This document shows positions 22,061 to 64,000 of a stretch of DNA of 64,000 nucleotides, piece after piece (within the stretch, counting starts at the first letter, position 1; each line of letters starts with the position of its first letter). The stretch covers positions 26,691 through 90,690 of the forward strand of contig CBDBCZ010000001.1 in NCBI GenBank assembly GCA_965203295.1, in the 5' to 3' direction. This DNA comes from Nitrospirales bacterium. GTDB taxonomy: Bacteria; Nitrospirota; Nitrospiria; Nitrospirales; UBA8639. Made by a program: the position numbers and the translations under genes. The notes under the pieces were generated by a model. That model saw only the letters and a program-made list of their open reading frames with translations. It was not told where the DNA came from and searched no databases.

Positions 22061-24044
22061 ATTATGTACATTTATAGCTGGGCCTTGCCACTTTTTTTTA
22101 CTGTACATCACAGTGCATATGTGCTACATGTAGGTGTAGCCAGGTTTGCCACATGCACTGGAAGCTATCCTATAGAGTATCTACCACCCCTATACGCCAA
22201 CTTACAGCATTTAGTGCGCCTCAGTTAAAACTTCTCATCGCTACGTATGACTTCTAGGTGACACAAAACTATGCTCACTTGATGTATGTAACTTGGCCTG
22301 TAGACGTATAGTGGTCTACAGGTTCCGAGATAATTTTTGTGCATGTGCAGACAAACTAAGCAAGTGAGGAGACAAGATGTGATGTAGTCCTAGGACTATA
22401 GATGAACACATGTTTTGTGCATGCCCAGCTGGAAAAAATGTGGAAGAAAGATTACATGTTGGTACATGTATTATGACTAAAAATGAACAGAGTAGGGGGT
22501 GAATATATGCATACGTACGTACGTATTTTGTTAACAATAGCACTGTTATATCTTTTGTGTAGGTGGATCTGCAGCATGACCTCTCACTCTGCTCTGATGA
22601 TGGGCTGAATGTATTAAATGAAAGGTAAGTTCCTACTCTGTGAAGATGTGTACTTACATGTTTACTCTATATTGAGGGCGAAATGCACAGCCAAGTGTGT
22701 CAGAAACATGTGAGCAGAGATACAGATGTGATAAATCATGACTTGGGTGGGGTTGAAATTATAATTATGCACATCTGCCTATAGGAAGCCAAGTGTGTGA
22801 TACAGACGTATCAAACGCTTGCATACCTAATCGACATCTGAATTTTTCTACAACTGTAGGTATGAAGCTGCCATTGAGTGTGAAACTGAAGGCACCTCTT
22901 GACCTCCTTTGAATACTACAGCGTATTACATGATTGACTGGCCAACTGAATCAAATGTATGTACAACTGTAGTATTACAGGACCGTGTATGGTATGTTGT
23001 ATGTTTGTGCCTGTGTGTCTTATATATGCGCCTTCGAATCAACTTCGTCTACTGATGAAAGGTTTAAGAGTGCACAGTGTCTGTTGTAGTTGATAGTCTT
23101 CTGGGAAGGTGACATGCCTTGCTGCCCATTTTCAAGAATTTTCAAATGAAACTGAGATGCCCAATGTCTATATATAGCAGTATGCAGGGTTGAGACTATA
23201 ATACCAGGTATCAGTCAAAGTCTGGTTGAGGCCAGAACTGACTCAAGTGAGTTCTTTGCAGGGTTGTTAACTATTAGAGCATTGCAACCGATACTCAATT
23301 CCTTATTTGGTTCGATGCACCCTTGTAGCCGAGTCTCTAGCTGCTGCAAGGTACTTTGTAGCACTCAGATGTTTCTACCTTCATATTATAGTATTGCCGT
23401 GGCTTCATACATAGGACTACATTGTAGACTAATGTTACCAGTGTAGGAAGCTATTAGTGGCTTTGAATACTACACACATGCCTGTATTATCTGGCCAGGG
23501 GTAGGCCCTCCACTGGATGCACATGAGGTGACCATTTTAGCGAGTCAGACAGCCGTGAGTATAACAGCTGAAGCTACACGAAAAACAAACAAACACAAAA
23601 CAATTAGCATCCAGGAAAAAGAACTCTTCTGTCTACAACATTTTCCCAAGGATCAGCCATGGCTGCTACGCGAAGTAGAGAGAGGGGTCATGCTACTTGC
23701 AAATTTTGTTCTTTAGCACTTGGTCGTGACGATCAGTCCTTCTCCAGCCTTCGTATCTCTGCTCAAAATTTACTCCAATTAGAAGACCTTCCTCCAAGTA
23801 AGACACCCCTAAGGAATTTTCCTGCTCTATTAAAGGCACCCCTTGAGGGCCGTATTTACGTAGAAAGGGCACCTTAATTATAGAGCTATTTTCCACTTTG
23901 TCAGAGCATCTGCTCTTAAATCATAGATGCTTATCTCAATTGTGGAGATCAGGATGGGTTGTTCTTGTTCTTGTCTCCAGACCCACTGTACCATCAGGGA
24001 AATAGGAACCGACTTGAAAGTGGATTTCTGAAACAGGAGGCGCT

Positions 24045-24760
24045 GAAGGGATAATTGAGTTCTTATTGGAGAAATCTGATGGGGTAACTAAAGTTAACCA
24101 TCAGAGCTCTCTAATTAGAACCCGCTTTACCATCAGAGCTCTCTAATTAGAACCCGCTTATCATCAGAGCTCTCCAATTTTGGGAAAATACCACCTCCAT
24201 TATATCATCAAAGCTCAGGTAAAAAAGGAAAATCTTTGTCAAGTTAACTTAAACAAGCACAAATTATGGTTTCTTACACTGGTAACTAGCCTTGACCTAT
24301 AGTTAATTAGCTAATTAAAGTGCTTTCTGTTGTAGCTTTCAAAATTAGAGACCTCTTTGGTCTATCATTGGCAAATCACATTTTTGTAGGACCTCAAATC
24401 TGTAACACATTCCATGCTCGCAGTAACTTGTACACACACCTGGAGACAGTGTGGGTGACCGTGCAATGCTTTGCAATAGTCATCAATGCTCTTTGACAGC
24501 AGTTTCACATCTGCTTCGTATCAAGCGCTATCATGACTTTGGGGAAGGGAAGGGAAGGGTTTTTAACAGAAGCAGGGTAAGCATCTGGTGGTGGTGGATT
24601 GCCCTCAAACAGTACATATATATATATCAGTTAGAAGATCTAGAGAAGGTCCATATTAGCTTACCATAGTGACTCTTATTATGTTCCTGCCATTCAAATT
24701 CCATAAAATGCATAAATTAACCATTTTCCCCCAGGAAATGGGGCATGTTCGAACAACTAG
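24045..24760 (+). repeat. Dispersed duplicated segment (paralogs at about 26697-27710 and, partially, 25817-25970)
   Basis: GGGATAATTG...AACTAAAGTTAAC...AGAAGCAGGGTAAGCAT...CAGGAAATG...TTCGAACAA is shared and colinear. Confidence 0.8.
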
Positions 24761-24882
24761 CATAATTAGGTACACACACGTCTATTTAGATTCCAATGTT
24801 ACTGTCGCATTAGATGACAGACAGACAGACAGACAGACAGAACCAATTCCTTAACCCCACTGCATACGTGCGGGGTAATAAA
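24758..24882 (-). mobile_element. Short HINE-like element with (GACA)n
   Basis: (GACA)6 at 24816-24840 plus the hairpin ACCCCACTGCATACGTGCGGGGT; absent from the paralogous site at about 27710. Confidence 0.55.
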
Positions 24883-25970
24883 GGGCTGGTATTGCTACAA
24901 TCGGTCATGCCCACAGCTTGATATTCAGCCATACTCGAGCATATATTATGGTATTCATGTCTTTCACACACACTCTGAATATGGCAGTCGCCCGGCCGAG
25001 CTGCTAGCACTACAAATCTGAAATCACCTAATCCTTTGTAATCTTGCAATCTAAGTCCATGTACGTCCGTGTTTTGCTGAACATGTGGTCACTAATTTTC
25101 CTGCCAATGTGAAATCGCGGCTTAAAATTTCGTACATTTTGGTAGAAATTTTGACTGAAATCCCAAGATTTCGAAATCTCGTATGAAATTTCAAAGCCCC
25201 TCAGAAATAGATAAACCATATAGCTACGTAGTACAGTGTGAATCAGTTTATGTAGGGAGTTAAATCAAATTTTGTGATTGGCAACAACTTGAGTACTGGT
25301 TACCGCTATTTAATAAAGCCATAATATTATATGGCTTTAATGTAGAGAATGTTTGATGCATATCTTAGCCACTGTGGCTCCTATTGCTTCTCGTATAAAC
25401 TGCAATAACCTTAGGCCAAGCTTGGTTTTCCTCAGTGGCAATTCAAGGGTCACTTCATATTCCAAATAAAGGTCACAGGCAGAAAGGTAGCCTGTATAGT
25501 AACACAAGTTCTAGGAAGCCAGTCTCAGGAAACATTATTACTAACATGTAGATTCACATCCTGTTATGTCTGCAACTAGCTAATTGTTTGAGTGAACAGT
25601 CTGTGTTCTGATGTCAACATACACAGCTGAAGGAGTAAGGAAACTAATTGTTTGAGGGAACAGTCTGTGTTCTGATGTCAACATACACAGCTGCAGGAGT
25701 AAGGAAGCTGTTGAGTTACCTTTGTAGGTAGTGCTGAAAGAAACTCTGATCACTTTGTTGTTCTGGTTCTTCACAGAACCACTGATCCATAACACACTCC
25801 ATGCTGACAATAACAACACACCTGGAGACAGTGTACATGTGGGATGATCATCCCATGCTCACAATGGTGTGGGATGGTGTGGGATGATCATACGATGCTT
25901 TGTGACCATCATCTGAGAGAGGTTTTAGCAGAAGCAGGGTAAACATCTGGTGGTGGATTACCCTCAGATG

Positions 25971-26358
25971 TAGTCTCGGCCCCAGACCCTCCCTGCACTC
26001 GCAAAAAAAAACGGAAGGAAAGTGCGGAAGAGGGTCTGGTGCAGTTGATACAGAATAATTTGCAGTCCGCGGAATTTCAGAGGGTGGAATCTGATTGGTT
26101 GATTGGGAACTAATGACGTTTAGAATATTCACGCCTCCCGTTTCTCACGCAGAGCTGTAGATATAGCTTTGCACTGTTTACACTAGTTTTTTAGCACTCA
26201 CTTAACTTTGGAACTTCCCGCCTCAATTATCGCACCCACAATAAGCCATACAAGCTACATCCCATGGAGGCCTTCTGTATCAACTGCACCAGACCCTCTT
26301 CTGGCATTTTCCTTCTGTTTTTTTTTATGAGTGCAGGGAGGGTCTGGGACCGAGACTA
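25971..26358. mobile_element. TAG...CTA MITE (Academ-like)
   Basis: TAGTCTCGGCCCAGACCCTCCCTGCACTC / GAGTGCAGGGAGGGTCTGGGACCGAGACTA; no clean TSD. Confidence 0.75.
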
Positions 26359-27303
26359 GGCAGTTGGCAGAGCTGCTAGCACTATACAAACATCTCCACC
26401 AGGAATCCTACCCAAGGCCAGGGTTCAAACGTGATCAAGTGGTGGGCTTGCATACACCACAGCTCTGCTACTTTGTACTTAATTGGGTAGTGACTAGTCC
26501 TGGAATAATATTGTTGTCATATATAGCAGCAGGTCTAATGCAGATGTCTGGGCATGTATATAGGCTACAGGAATATCAGATTAATTTCCTTGGCAACCAC
26601 TATGTACATGCTGTATGCAGATCAGCAGGTGCTCAGTCCAGCCAGAAAGTTACCACCTGCCTAAGTTACTAATAGACTATGAACAGCTCCTTTTGTGGGA
26701 TAATTGGGTTCTTATTGGAGAGCTCTGATGGGGTAACTAAAGTTAACGATCAGAGCTCTCTAATTAGAACCCACTTTACCATTAGAGCTCTCCAATTACT
26801 GGAAAATACCACTCCACTTTACCATCAAAGCTCAGGTAAAAAAGAAAAAAACTTTGTTGAGTTAACTTAAACAAGCATAAAATTATGGCTTTCCACACTG
26901 GTAACTAGCCTTGGAAGGTAACCTAGAGTTATTAGCTGAAGTGCTTACTGTTGTAGCTTTCAAAATTGGAGAACTCTTTGGTCTGCCATTGGCAATGCAC
27001 AGTTTTTGTAGGACCTCAAATCTGTATCACATTCCATGCTTGCAATAACTGGTGAACACACCTGGAAACGTGCGGGATGACTGTACAGTGCTTTGTGATC
27101 ATAGTCATCTAAGAGGGTTTTTAGCAGAAGCAGGGTAAGCATGTGGTGGTGGATTACCCTCAGATGTTGCTTGCGGTACATGTACATACGTACATCAGTG
27201 AGATCCATATTAGCTTACCACAGTGATTCTAATTATTCAAACAAAATGCATTTCTGCCTTTGAATTCCATGCAGAGAATGCATAATTAACAGTTCCCCCC
27301 CAG

Positions 27304-27678
27304 TAGGGGTGAGCCGATTATGCCGGCATTAAAATGAACATAATAGGTATGCAAAGTAGTGAGCATAACGCTAGCATAATAGGTAGATTCTCGGGAGAAA
27401 TTAGGTCACTTAATTAATATGTAGCAGAAACACAGCAAGCTACCAATGTCTTATCGTCAGACCTTGTAGGAGAGTGGTACAATGGCAGCAAACATGCTAG
27501 AAATTATGAAAATATGCATCACCCACGCATACTTGAAGATTTAAAACAGTCCAGATGGTTGGTTTTCGCTACGAGGGTCACATTTAATGAGCATAATTTG
27601 AGCATAATAGGAAGATTTTTGGAGCAGTGCAGCATAGCATAATAAGGGTATTTCTTGAGCATAATAGGCTCAGCCCTA
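27304..27678. mobile_element. hAT-type MITE with 8-bp TSD
   Basis: TAGGGGTGAGCC...GGCTCAGCCCTA; TSD CCCCCCAG; GCATAA(T) subterminal repeats; empty site in the paralog at about 24730. Confidence 0.85.
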
Positions 27679-28629
27679 CCCCCCAGGAAATGCGGTATGT
27701 TCGAACAATTATTTGTTTGAAATAATTGAGTTAGGAGCTCACCAATTATTTTAACAGTGCATGCATGATTGTACTACAAAATTGAGAAGTCATGGTCCAC
27801 TACTAATATAATAAGGTAGATGTCAGAGGTGGAGTGTTTCAGTTTACGAGTGCTCATGCGCGTGCATGCACAAATGTACATGCTAATGTACTGTCTCTAA
27901 CGGCTTGGCTATGATTGTGGTGCTGCAATAATCACTCTTACTAATTTCAGTGCTATAATATTATATGTTTGCGTACAAGCTGCTAAGTCAGTGTTTCAAG
28001 TGAAGGGGCCAAATTTCTGCATTTTAAGGCCTCAGTAAGGAAACAGATATTAACTTTGAGATTCCGGAGAAGATAGCAGTTAGGGGCCAACTGAATAATA
28101 CGATCGGGCTAGGATTAGGGTATGTTATGGTCAGGATCAGGCTATAGATATTGCGATCATGTTCTTCAGTTAGCCGCTAGCTACATGTAGTGCTATTAAA
28201 TGTTGTGCACTGCGCCATGCTATCGAGTGGATTGCTTAGTGCCAACATCATGCGCCGAGGTTCGATGTGGGGAAGCGTTTGCACCGCTGGCTACGTACGC
28301 ACAGCATGCAGTCGTAATAGGTACCATACCGGGGTATGCAGTGACGTCGGCGTCCAGACGGGCTGGGCACGAGACTAGGCGTCCAGCCGGCCCAATGTCG
28401 CCTAGCTTATATGCGTAGCAACAAAGGTCCTCAGGATGTAAGAGTTGAAGAAGAGTGTACTGGTAGCTATTAGCAGCGGTAGATGAGCTAGCTAGCTGTA
28501 CATAGTCACCCAAGCCTCACGTGATAATTTCAGCGAGAAGCTTAAGCATGCGCGCGCAGTAGGCGCCGCGCGCGCCAGCGGCGCCGGCGCGGCGAGTAGG
28601 CGCGCTTAGAGTATATAGCGATTGAAAAA

Positions 28630-28652
28630 TGACGTAATCAAGTTGTATAAAA
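28630..28652 (+). promoter_or_regulatory. Putative core promoter of the lectin gene (CRE-like TGACGTAA and TATAAAA)
   Basis: TATAAAA at 28646, about 60 bp upstream of ATG 28710; CpG-rich stretch at 28548-28606 just upstream. Confidence 0.5.
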
Positions 28653-28709
28653 GACTCAACTGTGTGCAAATCCGCAGTTCTTGCGTTTCAGAGAACTTGA
28701 GCGGAGACG

Positions 28710-29183
28710 ATGCAGAACGTGCAGGAGTACGTGAGCCTGGTGCGGTACACCAGCGATGTTGCAGTCGGGGGTCCAGGTGGAAACCCCTACAGCCTCATGG
28801 CAACTTGGCCTAAGGTGGCTAAGCAAATCACGTTCTACCGAGATGAAAAGCGAATGCGGGGTGTTGCCTTCGAAAGATACGATTCGTCTATTTTGAAACT
28901 TGGCACCTTTACTGACCAAAATCCTGTTACTATCACCCTTGATGAAGATGAAAAGCTGACGAAAGTTTTACTGTACTCCAGTAATTTTGGAAATGGTCGT
29001 TTCGCTGGTTTGAAGCTCGAAACCAACAAGAAGACTGCGGAGGCTTTTGCTTGCAACTACTGTCCCTGCGCAGGCGACGAGGTCAACGTTCCCGTTGGCA
29101 ACGGTAAATGGAACGGAATCTTCGGGAAAGCAGGAGGTGATATCGATTCCTTCGGGATTGCGATGCTCACCGGCAACATCTAA
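28710..29183 (+). CDS. Single-exon jacalin-related (beta-prism I) lectin, 157 aa, similar to the lectin module of natterin/aerolysin-like proteins
   Basis: N-terminal VGGPGG loop and C-terminal VGNG..GIFGKAGGDIDSFG (jacalin GxxxD sugar-binding motif). Open ORF with a TATA box and no signal peptide. Confidence 0.8.
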   Translation: MQNVQEYVSLVRYTSDVAVGGPGGNPYSLMATWPKVAKQITFYRDEKRMRGVAFERYDSSILKLGTFTDQNPVTITLDEDEKLTKVLLYSSNFGNGRFAGLKLETNKKTAEAFACNYCPCAGDEVNVPVGNGKWNGIFGKAGGDIDSFGIAMLTGNI

Positions 29184-30306
29184 CTAACCGTCTGTGAACT
29201 GACCTTGATGACTGATTGAACTGGTTGAATTAGTATAGTTAGTTAGTACATGTGTATATAGTGGACTTTATTGCTGCCATTGATATCGCATTGTAGATAC
29301 TGTCGTTGCAATTGATTTGCCTGCTTTTTTTTTGAATCAAGGCGACACATTCAATAATGGCTGCCAACCGGTTAAATGAAAAGCACTGATGTGCCGAACC
29401 CTCGGCACAGCTAACTGGAAGATTTTTGACTCATTCAATGATGAATTTAGTCCTTGATCTAACTCAATAATGACCTGTTGAGACAGCAAAATTACATAAT
29501 ATACAATGTAAAACTAGTCAGGTATATAGTCTCGCGATTGGCCTGCGAGACTATCAGGTATACAAAGCCATGCAAAAACGATTGCCATCCAGGCGAAGAT
29601 TCTCTGTCTACAATTAACATTTCCAAAAGATTAGCTAAAAATTGGCTTAATAGTGGAGAACATATTGAAATTATTATAATGAATATATACTGGTTGCATG
29701 CTGACGAGTTTAACAATAAAGGCGAATGATTTTCAAGCTTATTCACTGGTTCACAAGTGCGCATGCGCGTGCATGCTCACGCTAACGTACTGTCTCTAAC
29801 CGCTTGTGATAATTATAGTGAAAATTATAAAGGAAGCATGAGTGCCAGACATATATCATACTGAAACACTAATCAAGTGCACACGGTAGAAATATTTTCA
29901 CCCTAGGAGCAGACCTGCTCACAATGTCAGAGGCATGCATGCCATAATTATGCCATGAGTATTTCATACAGCCATGGATAACTAATAGACATTCATGCGT
30001 GCCATGAAATCTGAGCTGGATACCTAGAGCACCATGCAGGTCCTGTGAGGCATGCACAAAATTTGCCTTATAACCTGTTCTGTGGTATGTTTATAAGTAC
30101 TATACGAGACCTCTTGAGGTACCGAGACAATAAATCAATATTTTGCTATCTTATTAAGTTGTTTCCCTGGCTTATATGACAGCCCCCATAACTGGGTGAA
30201 GTGGGTTGTCTTGAGAGGTGGACATGTGTGATTTTCCTGCATGCACATCCCTACATCTATAACAATAGCTTCATTGCTGACCACTTTAGACAAGCACTAC
30301 AACTAC

Positions 30307-30494
30307 ACTGGAACCTCTCTTATAGGTCACCCTTGAAATAAAAAAAAACTTCTGTATTAGGGACACTTTGCTGCAGCTGTGTCCCAAATATGCTTTCTTA
30401 ATAGAAATTTACCCCTGAAATGAGGACACATCTCTATACAGGACACTTTACCAGGTCCTCAAGGTGTCCACAACAGAGGGCTGACGTTCCACTG
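30307..30494. mobile_element. Tc1/mariner-like MITE (same family as 59918-60549)
   Basis: CACTGGAACC...GTTCCACTG; internal GGACAC repeats shared with 59918-60045. Confidence 0.7.
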
Positions 30495-30801
30495 TTTAAT
30501 CATAAACCAACTTCATTTCCTGTACTGTCCATGGCCTACATTTAGTTACAATCACCTATATATCGCTATGCCAACATATCCCAATTCCATACGTACCACA
30601 TTTCATTTCGCCGGCATTTAAACCTATGTTTATTCAGCACTTAAATCATTATAGCAGCAGTTTTACATTCAACAACAATACTAATGCACAATCATAGTGT
30701 ACTGCGTTCTACACTCAGACAACTAAATCCCATACATTATCAGCAGTCACTGTGACCACTTACATACAATAACAATTATCCGTATCACCAACTACAGTTA
30801 C

Positions 30802-63627
<32,826 letters not shown>

Positions 63628-63934
63628 CTAGGAAGAATAATTATAGATGGTCAAGTTGTTCAGGTTATTGAATATACAATCAGATATCAACATAATCATA
63701 AAGTTCACATGTCCACATAGAGCCACTTGTTAATGATTGGCAGAAAAAGATTAATAATGGGGACACCAATATTAAGGCAGTTACCCATTGCAAGTACCAG
63801 TATCTATTACAAGCCTAACCAAACCCTCCAAGACTTCTACTATCAAAAGTTCAGTGTCTAGCTCACGCATGACTGAGGCACATGGGAGCAACAGTCTCAT
63901 GCACCATTATTAAAAATCATCAACTTTGTGGCAA

Positions 63935-64000
63935 CCCATGCAGAGTTTCCTTGCAAGGACTTGCAAGGTTCTTGCAAGTCCTTGCAATTTTCTTGCAAAA
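63935..64000. mobile_element. Start of an insertion with CTTGCAAG palindromic subterminal repeats (runs off window)
   Basis: Homology with about 45925 stops here; five CTTGCAA(G) units follow. Confidence 0.5.

Noticed and set aside
22560..22960. Possible small plus-strand exons (AG...GT bounded)
   Set aside because: Could not join them into a convincing frame or recognize a product.
28080..28145. TTAGGG-like motifs as interstitial telomere
   Set aside because: Only one or two exact units; too degenerate.

Overview
Intron-rich, transposon-dense animal DNA, most likely from a demosponge (inferred from the Ig-domain type and repeat families). Left half (1-30 kb): the right arm of a CACTA/EnSpm DNA transposon carrying an intact 11-exon SAM-domain (SAMD3-like) gene, inserted into the 5' LTR of a decayed Gypsy retrotransposon with a tRNA-Pro PBS. 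Next is a 2.2-kb foldback-type element whose long TIRs are arrays of 48-bp hairpins, enclosing a 3-exon gene with 3 SUMO-interacting motifs, an Ulp1/C48 protease and a PHD finger. Then come a second Gypsy relic, nested MITEs, an RLE non-LTR 3' end and an intronless jacalin-type lectin. Right half (30.8-64 kb, minus strand): the 3' part of a giant single-pass receptor gene. I traced 36 exons (about 3,600 aa; 26 Ig-like and 7 FN3 domains, a TM helix, and a tail with ITIM, YEEI and YxxM motifs). It was built by intragenic block duplications; all ectodomain exons are phase 1-1, and one intron holds a decayed LINE. Exon boundaries were read by eye from GT/AG sites and frame continuity; no database searches were run.
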